IMG/VR virus record: IMGVR_UViG_3300018421_000020 | Strand: one strand, 5' to 3' | Origin: an uncultured virus (IMG/VR IMGVR_UViG_3300018421_000020) | Lineage: Duplodnaviria > Heunggongvirae > Uroviricota > Caudoviricetes | Length of the DNA: 64,000 bases | Shown here: positions 18,353-26,707 of the stretch, piece after piece | How the letters are laid out: each line of letters starts with the position of its first letter | Numbering within the stretch: the stretch's first letter is position 1 | Notes under the pieces: model-generated | What the model saw: the letters and a program-made list of their open reading frames with translations, nothing else | Told to the model about the DNA's origin: nothing | The model's database searches: none | Translations under genes and position numbers: made by a program

Positions 18353-18764
18353 TATGAAATCCTATTAGCGCGTCGTTCCAGTCCCCTGAGTGATCCCATG
18401 GGTCAGGTATCTGTATCGTAGTGCTTGGAGATGCCATGCCTGCGCTAGACTCTTCGGTCCCTCGCTCAACAACCTCATTTCTAATGATGAGAGTTGGAAG
18501 GTCGGGCACGCTAGAAGGTCTTTCCTCCACTGTGGTAGTTCTGGCGACATTCGTTTGCTCCTCCCACTGCTGTACGATTGATTTGGACTGCTGATCTACA
18601 GAGTCCATTTCCATTTCAATTTTACCATTAACCCAATGTTTGTGCAACCAGTCAATTATACCTAAGTAAATTTGGTTCCAGGGATATTTTTGATTGTTTG
18701 CCCAGCGTTTAGATTTGGTATACCATGTATCCTCACCACCCCACTGATGCTCAAATTTCATCAT
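18303..18764 (-). CDS. Hypothetical protein
   Basis: ORF track; ATGA overlap with the g3 stop. Confidence 0.7.
   Translation of the reverse strand: MMKFEHQWGGEDTWYTKSKRWANNQKYPWNQIYLGIIDWLHKHWVNGKIEMEMDSVDQQSKSIVQQWEEQTNVARTTTVEERPSSVPDLPTLIIRNEVVERGTEESSAGMASPSTTIQIPDPWDHSGDWNDALIGFHNESRRTSKNVGEGQSN
18365..18550 (-). CDS. Small hypothetical protein nested in an alternative frame
   Basis: GGAGGAG Shine-Dalgarno upstream of the ATG; GPKSLAQAW motif recalled from cyanophage small proteins. Confidence 0.55.
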   Translation of the reverse strand: MSPELPQWRKDLLACPTFQLSSLEMRLLSEGPKSLAQAWHLQALRYRYLTHGITQGTGTTR

Positions 18765-19333
18765 GACTCTCTGCGTGTGCCTCTGTTAACGGAACGGATT
18801 TCGTAAAGCGTATATCTGAAAGTTACCTCTGCGGTAAAAAAGTTTGTGTCAGTTTGAGTGACATCAAATGCAAGCGTGGATAAAGAAGTTGGAAAAGCAT
18901 CCTTAAATAAACACTCAAATGCACCTTGGAAATTATTGTTCAAAGCGATCAAAGTGATGTCACTGACTAGACTTTTATATGCATAAGTCTTCTGGACATT
19001 AGCGGGACGTTTCGCTTCAATCCATCTTGCTCTTTCATCCAAGTCGTTCGGTGTCCCCAAAGCACGCATCCAATTGTGAATCTCTAGATAATTTTCTAAA
19101 TTTTCATCAACTAGAAACTCAACTGTAAAATCTCCATACTTGATATTTCCATCAATGGGATATGGGACAAGTCCCCTGGTTGGAATATCCACTTCACCAA
19201 CTTGGATTGTTGGGATGTTAGCGGTCTGGCAGAGGAATGCTGCCTTGGGTGCTTTTTCCAAGGTCAATTTGAAACCAATTGGTGCAAGGAAGTTTTTATT
19301 CTTTAACTCCTTTTCATACCATGTAGCAGCCAT
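18761..19333 (-). CDS. g3: Tail tube terminator / tail completion protein gp3
   Basis: NFLAPIGFKL...QTANIP...FLVDENLENY.EI.NW...FPTSLS.L.F; between g23 and uvsY. Confidence 0.9.
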   Translation of the reverse strand: MAATWYEKELKNKNFLAPIGFKLTLEKAPKAAFLCQTANIPTIQVGEVDIPTRGLVPYPIDGNIKYGDFTVEFLVDENLENYLEIHNWMRALGTPNDLDERARWIEAKRPANVQKTYAYKSLVSDITLIALNNNFQGAFECLFKDAFPTSLSTLAFDVTQTDTNFFTAEVTFRYTLYEIRSVNRGTRRES

Positions 19334-19350
19334 GTCTCTCCGCTTTTTAA

Positions 19351-20865
19351 CTATTTAGTGTAAATGTCGTCACCAACCACTACTGCATCCAGTTCGGTCT
19401 CATGCATTAGTTGCAGCGCCTCTATAGGCGATCCCGCAATCGGAGCACCACCATTGTTCAAAGAAGTGTTGAGGACCATTGGGATGCCTGTGAGACCCTC
19501 AAACTCGCTAATCAGTTGATAGTAGTCTTCATGCTCTGGTTCCACAGACTGTGGTCTGCATGTGCCATCAAAGTGTGTGATAGATCCGAAGGAAAACTTG
19601 TCCTTGACATCCATTACATAAAGCATGTAAGGTGAGTCATATTCCCAATCAAAATAATTTGGTAGTTCATCTGAGAGAATTGATGCACCAAAGGGACGGA
19701 ACATCTCGCGATGCTTCACCTTCTCATTGATAATATCTTTACCACCTTTGACACTAGGATCCATTAGAATACTTCTGTTACCAAGTGCTCTGGGTCCTAC
19801 CTCGCCATGACCTTGATACCAACCAACAATCTTACCTTCTGCCAACATCTCGGCAGTTTTTTTAATTGTAAGACTTGAAGGTCTGCGCTCAGGTGCTTCA
19901 TCACTCTGCCAGAATGGGAATCCATCTCTACTGAGTTTGGGTTCTTTATAATGTTTTCTGAGAACTTCTACAATACCAAGTGACAACCCCTCATCGTTGC
20001 AATGAGGAGGAACAACCAGTCCTGGTCTCTTAAGTTTGATTCTGCTATTGATAATAGTATTCAAAGCAATACCACCAGAGTATGTAAATACATCATCTTC
20101 CTTTGTATTCTCTAGAAAGTATGCCTCGTAGATATCCTCACTAACTTCATGTGCAAACTGGATGTGATCACATGCAAACTGCTGAGGTTTGTTTTTTACA
20201 ATCTGCCCCAGTTTCCATAGGTCCCAGAACTCACGAATGTCTGCGATAGTTAGTTCGTCAGTCTTTTGTGCCCGCTTCATGCGGTCCATATCTTCCTGAC
20301 TATATCTGCCCATTGCTTTCAATGCCATGACCTTACCTGCCATGTCATTGGAGATACCCTGCAAGTTTAAGATTGCGCCCACATCACCCATGGTAGAACC
20401 AAAACTCGGGTGGGTGTTATAAGTTACTGCAAACTCTCTTTGTCCATTTTTTAGTCTGGAGTGTGATAGTTTGTTGTCACCAAATCCATCAAACACAAAA
20501 TCAACATCAGACTTATCGGTCAACATCCACGCACTTTCTGCGTGTGCATAGTGGTGATCAATACGATAAATTGGACCCTTGTATCCCATGTCTCGGAACA
20601 ACGGGATATCAATTTTTTCAAAAATATTATTTTCGTCGTAGTTGATTGACTTGTATCGGAAACAATCCACTACAATTCCGATAGCATCAATCTTGGATAG
20701 AGGCACTCCCCATTTAGCAAAAGGTTTCAACCATCCAGTTAAATTTTTATATCCCCAGTGTTTAATCTGGGAGTCTCTTTCACTCTTATAGTAATATACC
20801 TTCCCGTCTACGGTTAGTGTGATATTACTGTCGTGGTCACAAAGACGCAATCCTAAAAAGTTCAT
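19351..20865 (-). CDS. Carbamoyltransferase (NodU/CmcH family)
   Basis: DHHYAHA, FDGFGD, AGKVMAL, SGGIALN, DEGLSLG, GPRALGNRSIL, KHREMFRPFG, LNTSLN. Confidence 0.93.
   Translation of the reverse strand: MNFLGLRLCDHDSNITLTVDGKVYYYKSERDSQIKHWGYKNLTGWLKPFAKWGVPLSKIDAIGIVVDCFRYKSINYDENNIFEKIDIPLFRDMGYKGPIYRIDHHYAHAESAWMLTDKSDVDFVFDGFGDNKLSHSRLKNGQREFAVTYNTHPSFGSTMGDVGAILNLQGISNDMAGKVMALKAMGRYSQEDMDRMKRAQKTDELTIADIREFWDLWKLGQIVKNKPQQFACDHIQFAHEVSEDIYEAYFLENTKEDDVFTYSGGIALNTIINSRIKLKRPGLVVPPHCNDEGLSLGIVEVLRKHYKEPKLSRDGFPFWQSDEAPERRPSSLTIKKTAEMLAEGKIVGWYQGHGEVGPRALGNRSILMDPSVKGGKDIINEKVKHREMFRPFGASILSDELPNYFDWEYDSPYMLYVMDVKDKFSFGSITHFDGTCRPQSVEPEHEDYYQLISEFEGLTGIPMVLNTSLNNGGAPIAGSPIEALQLMHETELDAVVVGDDIYTK
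19352..19358 (-). promoter_or_regulatory. Late promoter CTAAATA for g3
   Basis: tatttag overlapping the carbamoyltransferase stop. Confidence 0.6.
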
Positions 20866-20875
20866 ACTAATCCAT

Positions 20876-20900
20876 AAAAAAAGAGGACCCGAAGGTCCTC
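20876..20900 (-). terminator. Rho-independent terminator after g23 (CUUCGG tetraloop)
   Basis: GAGGACC-TTCG-GGTCCTC-TTTTTTT on minus. Confidence 0.92.
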
Positions 20901-20926
20901 TCTATATATGCCCGTTTGGGCAAGGA

Positions 20927-22315
20927 TCACATCAGGTTGGCAACCTGAACGCGACGATAGTAGCGGTTGCTGTTGGCGGTCAGAGCGCCAGAACCCTGAG
21001 TAAGACCTTGAGCGAAGGGGTTGGAGACCATGCCGTAGCGGGTCTTGAAGCCAATCTTCGGCTGGAAGGTGTCGGGGTTGATAGCACGAACCTGCTGCAG
21101 AGGAACGTAGGGGCAATAGAACAGACCAGCATCATAGGCGCTGCTACCCTTGTAACCAGCAACGTAGAAGTGCTTATCAGCAACGTTGGCAGAATAAGGA
21201 TCAACGTAGACCTTGATACGACCGTTCAGAGTACCGACCAGGGTGCTGGAGGTGTCATCGGGGATCAGACCGTTGTTGCCGTTCAGGGCAGGGGCGTAAT
21301 CCAGAACACCAGCCATGGCGAGGGCGGAAGCAACGTCTGCAGAGCAGATCAGGATGTTGCCCTTCCCGCGACGAGTCTGATGACCGATAGCGTTAGCATC
21401 ACGCTCAATCTGGAACAGAAGACCCTTGAACTTCTCAACGCTCCAACGACCGTTGGAATCAACGTCAAGGTCAAAGATACCAGCGCTAGCGGTATTGTTC
21501 TGAGCACCAGCGACAGCGTTGGTGTAGACGGTACGAACAACCTCACGGTTGATTTCAGCAAGGATCTCAGTGCTGAGGATGTTGCTGAGTTCCTGCTCGG
21601 CATCCAGACCATGAATTGCCTTCAGGTCTTGGGCAAGCTCAAGGCTGTACTCAGCTTTCAGGGCACGGGACTTGGCAGTCACGGTGACCTTTTCAATGCT
21701 GAAGCCCATCTCGCGGAAATCAGTACCCGATTCGCCAAGGCTCTCAGCGGCAGCGGTATTCATGCCAGTAGCATCGCCAGTCAGCTCATAGGTGCCAGCA
21801 GGGCTGTCATTGAGGAGACCAGGGTTGTTACCTTCAGCATCGTTGTCGGTGCTGCTGGAAGCGCCAGGATCGTAGGTGGTAGACGTGTCGCCACCAGAGA
21901 AACCAGCGTTAGGCTCGTTGAAGAATGCTTCGTCGTAACCAGCGCCAGCGGGGTTGGTGCCAGTGCCGTAGTTGGAGCGCATTGCGAAGATCAGTCCAGT
22001 AGGACCAGTCATCGGTTGTACACCAGCGATGTCATAAGCGATCAGCTGGGGCATGGAGCGTCTGATCAGGGAGATCAGAACGGGGTCAAAACCTGCGACA
22101 GGACCAGTAGCGGTAGCGCCGCCACCGAAACCACCAGTGCCAGCGGCCATGGTAGGTGCCTCGGTCAGCATTTGTGCCTCTTCACGGGCAGCAAATTCTT
22201 GGTTTTCCAGAAGTTGAGCGACAACCGCTTTCTTATGAGAATCAGTAATCTCAGGGAGAGCTTCGTGATTCAGAACGGGTGCCCACTTCTCTTGGAGTTG
22301 TTTAAGATCAGCCAT
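20927..22315 (-). CDS. g23: Major capsid protein gp23
   Basis: EKWAPVL, FDPVLISLIRR, GVQPMTGPTGLIFAMR, SRALKAEYS.ELAQDLKAIHGLDAE, FQPKIGFKTRYG. Confidence 0.99.
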   Translation of the reverse strand: MADLKQLQEKWAPVLNHEALPEITDSHKKAVVAQLLENQEFAAREEAQMLTEAPTMAAGTGGFGGGATATGPVAGFDPVLISLIRRSMPQLIAYDIAGVQPMTGPTGLIFAMRSNYGTGTNPAGAGYDEAFFNEPNAGFSGGDTSTTYDPGASSSTDNDAEGNNPGLLNDSPAGTYELTGDATGMNTAAAESLGESGTDFREMGFSIEKVTVTAKSRALKAEYSLELAQDLKAIHGLDAEQELSNILSTEILAEINREVVRTVYTNAVAGAQNNTASAGIFDLDVDSNGRWSVEKFKGLLFQIERDANAIGHQTRRGKGNILICSADVASALAMAGVLDYAPALNGNNGLIPDDTSSTLVGTLNGRIKVYVDPYSANVADKHFYVAGYKGSSAYDAGLFYCPYVPLQQVRAINPDTFQPKIGFKTRYGMVSNPFAQGLTQGSGALTANSNRYYRRVQVANLM

Positions 22316-22345
22316 TGTTCTCCTAAAAGTTAGTTAAGTGGTTAG

Positions 22346-22351
22346 TATTTA
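22346..22351 (-). promoter_or_regulatory. Late promoter TAAATA for g23
   Basis: tattta in the g22-g23 gap; AGGAG SD before the g23 ATG. Confidence 0.7.
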
Positions 22352-22365
22352 CAAATAATGACAAA

Positions 22366-23400
22366 TTATTTAGACCAGCGGGACAGGGCATCAACATACG
22401 CGCCCATAGCACCGTTGTACTGGGTCTCTTCTACCAGAGGCTCTACATCCTCGGTAGGATCTACACTGGGTGCAGACTCCTTACGGGTGAAATAAGACTC
22501 TTTGATAGTAGTGATTTTCTGACGAAAACCTTCTTCACTCTCAAACTCAACACCCTCGGCAAGAGAAGCAAGCTTCTCCTTTTGGGTCTCAGTCAAACCA
22601 AGACCGCACTCGTTCACGATCTCCATTTTCATATAGGCACCAAGTTGCTTATTCAAAACAACATTGGTTTCAATTTGCTCGTTGAGTTTTCCTTCCATCT
22701 CATCAATCTGCTCAACCATGCCATCCAGCAGGTTGAACTTCTCTTCGGGAACACCAACATGGTGCTCTACGAAAAGGCTCTTGAGGCCAGACATGAACGA
22801 CTCTGCAATCTCGTTCTTTACGCCATGCTCAACAGCGAGGGTATTCTCCTCCATCCACTGCTTAGCGGCGTATGACAGATAGTCGTCAACTTTGTTGGCC
22901 AATTCTGTTTTGATCTCCTCTACCTGTTCGGTGAGAGCAGATTCAAATGCTTCCTGTACAGCGGCAACCTCAGCATTAACCTTAGCGGTTACTGCTGCTT
23001 CAAAGATTGTTGCTGCACGCTCTCTGAACTCTTCTGAGAGTTCTTCACCAGCGACAAGAGCGTCAACATCTTCAGTAAAGTCGTATTCGGCAACAACTTC
23101 CTGCTCTTCGCCATCTTCTACTTCCTCCATTCTAGCGGATGCATCAGAGGGCTTAGTCTTGATTGACTTATCGCCTTCATGGGAAACTGGGGCAGCGGCT
23201 TTAGCACCAAGATTGGTGGTGCCTTTTGCGCCTTCCTCAGTTTTGTTATCGGTTCCACCGATGACGGTATCCTTGGCACCCGAGGTGTCAATGGACTCAC
23301 CAGGCTTAGCGCCTTTTTTGATAGCAGCGACACCAGTTGCAGCTTCTTCTGCCACGTCTGACATCTGTGCCTCAAATTCTGCGTCGCGGTTATCGGACAT
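22366..23400 (-). CDS. g22: Prohead core scaffold protein gp22
   Basis: ELSEEFRERAATIFEAAV, VDDYLSY...WMEEN, EKLASLAEGVEF, IKESYF; SD AGGAG favours the ATG at 23400. Confidence 0.93.
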   Translation of the reverse strand: MSDNRDAEFEAQMSDVAEEAATGVAAIKKGAKPGESIDTSGAKDTVIGGTDNKTEEGAKGTTNLGAKAAAPVSHEGDKSIKTKPSDASARMEEVEDGEEQEVVAEYDFTEDVDALVAGEELSEEFRERAATIFEAAVTAKVNAEVAAVQEAFESALTEQVEEIKTELANKVDDYLSYAAKQWMEENTLAVEHGVKNEIAESFMSGLKSLFVEHHVGVPEEKFNLLDGMVEQIDEMEGKLNEQIETNVVLNKQLGAYMKMEIVNECGLGLTETQKEKLASLAEGVEFESEEGFRQKITTIKESYFTRKESAPSVDPTEDVEPLVEETQYNGAMGAYVDALSRWSK

Positions 23401-23439
23401 TTTAGAATCTCCTGTAGTCAGCATTTGCTTTTCTATGAT

Positions 23440-23447
23440 TATTTATA
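23440..23447 (-). promoter_or_regulatory. Late promoter TATAAATA for g22
   Basis: Perfect T4 late consensus in the intergenic gap. Confidence 0.8.
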
Positions 23448-23449
23448 CT

Positions 23450-24094
23450 TTACAAACTTTGTAAAAAGGATTTGAACGCGGAAATTTTCCGCTCTTGCAG
23501 GTTGATAATGGATGCGGTATCAATCTCTTTCTTAAGTTCAGCAATTTGTGCTTCCTTCAGAATTCCATTGTCCCATACCCACTCTTTACCTTCCATGATT
23601 CCGTCAACAAATGCATCAGGAGCAGAAGGATCTGCTACAATGTCGGCAGCAGTAGCGAGCATAAAGTCATCCTCTACAATCGCCATGCCTTCTTCTTTGC
23701 GGATGGAACCCATACCGCGAGAAGAGACGCCAAGTTTCACACCTTCATCTAAAAGCGATTTTGCAATGTTACCCATAGGGGTGTCTAGCAGTTTCGCTCT
23801 ACCAACAAAGTTGTTTCCTTCCTGCGTCAGGTTTACGATCTTATGTGAAACGCGATCAAGATTGATGGAAGGTCCATCGGGATGACCGAGTTCGCCAAGA
23901 GCGCGACCCTTCGTAATGAAGTTCTCATCATATTTAGCAACTTCGCGGGCAAGAGTTTCTACAGGGTAGAATCTACCATTACGGTTCTTAATCCCGCCTT
24001 GAAGGAAAATCCCCTCAATGAAGTGAGATTTTTTGCCTTCGGTATCTTCGGTTAGGAATTCTACGTTAAGGATTTCCTCACTGATCAGTTTCAT
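23450..24094 (-). CDS. g21: Prohead protease gp21
   Basis: KNRNGR.YP, ALGELGHP, GVSSRGMGS, DIVADPSAPDA. Confidence 0.98.
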   Translation of the reverse strand: MKLISEEILNVEFLTEDTEGKKSHFIEGIFLQGGIKNRNGRFYPVETLAREVAKYDENFITKGRALGELGHPDGPSINLDRVSHKIVNLTQEGNNFVGRAKLLDTPMGNIAKSLLDEGVKLGVSSRGMGSIRKEEGMAIVEDDFMLATAADIVADPSAPDAFVDGIMEGKEWVWDNGILKEAQIAELKKEIDTASIINLQERKISAFKSFLQSL

Positions 24095-24386
24095 TTTCGG
24101 GTTCCTCTTCGGGTGTTACTTCTGGTTCGGGTTCTTCAGAACTTGCCTCAGGAGATTCCACTTCAGGAATATCCGTATTGTCTGGAAGTTCGTCAGTCAA
24201 TTCGTCAGCCACTGCCTGAGCAGTAGCATCGGGATCAAATCCCCACTGTTGTGCAAATTCAATTTTTTTCTGTTGAACTAAATCGTAAGAGGTGGCATTG
24301 AGTGCGTCTGCGACAGCATCAATTGCACCAGATTTATCATCAGCAAAAATCTTATTTACAATGTCAGTTGCAAGTTCTGAAGGCAT
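24078..24386 (-). CDS. Small acidic protein, putative prohead core protein (g67/g68 position)
   Basis: Acidic; lies between g20 and g21 with its own late promoter. Confidence 0.7.
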   Translation of the reverse strand: MPSELATDIVNKIFADDKSGAIDAVADALNATSYDLVQQKKIEFAQQWGFDPDATAQAVADELTDELPDNTDIPEVESPEASSEEPEPEVTPEEEPENETDQ

Positions 24387-24409
24387 GATAAAATTTCAAT
24401 GATATGTAC

Positions 24410-24416
24410 TATTTAG
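24410..24416 (-). promoter_or_regulatory. Late promoter CTAAATA
   Basis: tatttag overlapping the g20 stop. Confidence 0.65.
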
Positions 24417-26023
24417 ATTTCTCCACGCTTAGCATCTTCCGCACTTAACTCTTCATCTGAGAAAAGGGGTTGCTGCGCGGGAGCGCCACCTTCAGCGGGG
24501 GGCATTTCGCCACCACCTTCAGCAGCCATCATAGCTTCTTCGGCAGGATCTGCAATCTTACCGTCTGCCATTTCCGCTTCAATTTGTTCATCAATTTCGG
24601 CAATCTCAGTATCAGATTGCTTAAGAACTTGACGGCGGATGTAATCAATACTAAAGTATTTACCCACGAATGGGTCCATAGTATTGACAAGGTTCATACG
24701 CTCATTGCGGATCTCAGTCTCTTTGAGTTCATTGAAATAGTTATCTGCAATGTAGTTGATCTGAATATGTTCCTTGTATTCATCCCATTCTTCAATGGAG
24801 ATGATACCCTTCAGGATCAACTGCGTCTTAATAAGATCTATGAAGAGTTCACTGAATCTCTTACGAAGACGTGCGATGAATTTTTGGAATTTAACTTCGT
24901 CGCGAGTAATCTCTGCTGCGCGGCCGATGTTAAAGGTGGTCTCGGTTTCTAGTCTGGAGGTGGGGACGTTGAGAGATTTGTAGAGTTTTTTCTGGAAGTA
25001 TTTGACATCCTCCAGTTCGCCCAGATTTTGACCACCAGGGAGAGTAGTAATTTCCGTTCCTCTACCACCTTCACGGCGAGGTAGCCAAAAATCCTCAAGC
25101 ATTGACATAAACTTTTTATCGTCTCTAATCTCGCCAGTGCTAGCATCATAAACCAGTTTATTACGATAGCGACCCATAACCTCACGGAGGTATTGTTCGG
25201 CTTTCTGCTTAGGCAGATTACCCACATCAATGTAGAAAATTCTTCGCTCTGGAGCACGGGACAAACGATAAATGACAAGAGAATCCTCAATCATGCGGAG
25301 TTGATTTACCGCCTTGATTGCCTTATGCAAATGAGACAACACCATGTTCTTATTCAGATCCATGATGCCACTGTGGACATATGTAATGGAATCGGGTGCA
25401 ATCTTGAGACCCTGGTTTCCAGTTTGTTTCAAACCTTTGGGGTTGTAAAGGAAGTATTCAACCTGTCTCTGTGATAAAGCGTCGTTAATATCTGACGCAG
25501 GACGGTTGGGTTTCTGCTCAACTTCCTGTACTTTGCGAATCTTGCGGGGGTCAATATATCTAATATCTACCAGACCTGCCTTAGGATTCTTAGTGTCAAT
25601 AACTTTGTGGTAAAAAAGTCTGCCGTCAACATACCAACGACGGAAGATTTCGTAAGAACGGTTCTCAAAATCCAACAGTCTTAGGACTGTATCAAACTCA
25701 TCTCTGATAAGTTTTTTAATTTTATCGGAAACCTTTAGGTTGGAGAGTTCAATCTCTACGGGCACATCATCAAAGTTACCGCAAATTGTTTCATTGACAA
25801 TATCATCTACAGCAGAGTCGCACTCTGGTTGCAAAATCATGTCGCGGTAACGACCAATCAGTTCGTACTCGTTACGAACAACACCGTCAATGTCTACAGT
25901 ATAACCATAATGAGCGCCACCCGAAACAGGATACGATCCGTCCAGGTTATCTTTTTGCACGAATGAAGGCCCCTTTGGGGCCTTCTTCGCTCTTTCAATT
26001 GAAAATCCGAATAGTTGAGACAT
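24413..26023 (-). CDS. g20: Portal vertex protein gp20
   Basis: FRRWYVDGR, YIDPRKI, IYRLSRAPERRIFYIDVGNLP, EDFWLPRREGGRGTEI. Confidence 0.99.
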   Translation of the reverse strand: MSQLFGFSIERAKKAPKGPSFVQKDNLDGSYPVSGGAHYGYTVDIDGVVRNEYELIGRYRDMILQPECDSAVDDIVNETICGNFDDVPVEIELSNLKVSDKIKKLIRDEFDTVLRLLDFENRSYEIFRRWYVDGRLFYHKVIDTKNPKAGLVDIRYIDPRKIRKVQEVEQKPNRPASDINDALSQRQVEYFLYNPKGLKQTGNQGLKIAPDSITYVHSGIMDLNKNMVLSHLHKAIKAVNQLRMIEDSLVIYRLSRAPERRIFYIDVGNLPKQKAEQYLREVMGRYRNKLVYDASTGEIRDDKKFMSMLEDFWLPRREGGRGTEITTLPGGQNLGELEDVKYFQKKLYKSLNVPTSRLETETTFNIGRAAEITRDEVKFQKFIARLRKRFSELFIDLIKTQLILKGIISIEEWDEYKEHIQINYIADNYFNELKETEIRNERMNLVNTMDPFVGKYFSIDYIRRQVLKQSDTEIAEIDEQIEAEMADGKIADPAEEAMMAAEGGGEMPPAEGGAPAQQPLFSDEELSAEDAKRGEI

Positions 26024-26049
26024 CAACCGCTGGTCCTATATTATGATAT

Positions 26050-26056
26050 TATTTAG
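26050..26056 (-). promoter_or_regulatory. Late promoter CTAAATA for g20
   Basis: tatttag directly abutting the hairpin. Confidence 0.7.
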
Positions 26057-26080
26057 GGGGTCACGAGGACCCCCCTTTTT
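26056..26080 (+). terminator. Terminator-like hairpin with its U-tract on the + (antisense) strand
   Basis: GGGGGTC-ACGAG-GACCCCC-CTTTTT. Confidence 0.6.
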
Positions 26081-26082
26081 GA

Positions 26083-26673
26083 TCAGGCGGTGATTCCGTT
26101 AGGAATTGCCTGCCAGTATTGTACTTGAAGTTCAACGGTGAACTCTTCTACAGCATCGTTGCTACCGAAATCAAGATCAATAGCGGAAACGTTGCTGGGG
26201 AATACGTCAGTGAACTTATAGGATCTCAGGATGTTTGCCTTATCACCCTTGCTCGCATCACGAGAAAGTTGGTGAACAAACATGTCTGCGAAATAACCAG
26301 TTGCATCCTGCTCATCACCCAGACCAGTAACCTGAGTAATGTTTTCGTTTGCAGCCTGGATTTTCTCTACCCAAGTTTCAAAGGCATTTCTCAGAGAGAA
26401 CTTACTATCATTCATAATAGTAACAGTCCAAGGTTCAAAGGTTCTGTCGCCAGCGATCTTAAGAACGCGACCACGGAAAGGAACCTCAATGATGCCCATC
26501 TGTGCCGAAGGCAAGTTCGCAGCGCGAACCGTGAACTTACCCAGGTCGGAAAGACCCGACCCATTACTGATAACCTGAGTAGGAAAAGCGAGATCTACTT
26601 GGAATAGGTTAGGTCTCGCAAAATCTGATACAACCGATGACTTAAAGTTGTCAATCGTTCCTCTTACTGCCAT
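26083..26673 (-). CDS. g19: Tail tube protein gp19
   Basis: ARPNLFQV, VPFRGRVLKIAGDRTFEPWTVTI.ND, EEFTVELQVQYW. Confidence 0.97.
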   Translation of the reverse strand: MAVRGTIDNFKSSVVSDFARPNLFQVDLAFPTQVISNGSGLSDLGKFTVRAANLPSAQMGIIEVPFRGRVLKIAGDRTFEPWTVTIMNDSKFSLRNAFETWVEKIQAANENITQVTGLGDEQDATGYFADMFVHQLSRDASKGDKANILRSYKFTDVFPSNVSAIDLDFGSNDAVEEFTVELQVQYWQAIPNGITA

Positions 26674-26699
26674 TTTTGTTAGCCTCCGTGCTTAATTAT

Positions 26700-26706
26700 T
26701 ATTTAG
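26700..26706 (-). promoter_or_regulatory. Late promoter CTAAATA for g19
   Basis: tatttag in the g18-g19 gap; GGAGG SD downstream. Confidence 0.7.
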
Positions 26707-26707
26707 A

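Noticed and set aside
20819..22333. 504-aa + strand ORF antisense to g23
   Set aside because: Exactly in codon register with g23; explained by avoidance of TTA/CTA/TCA codons in a highly expressed gene; no recognisable motifs
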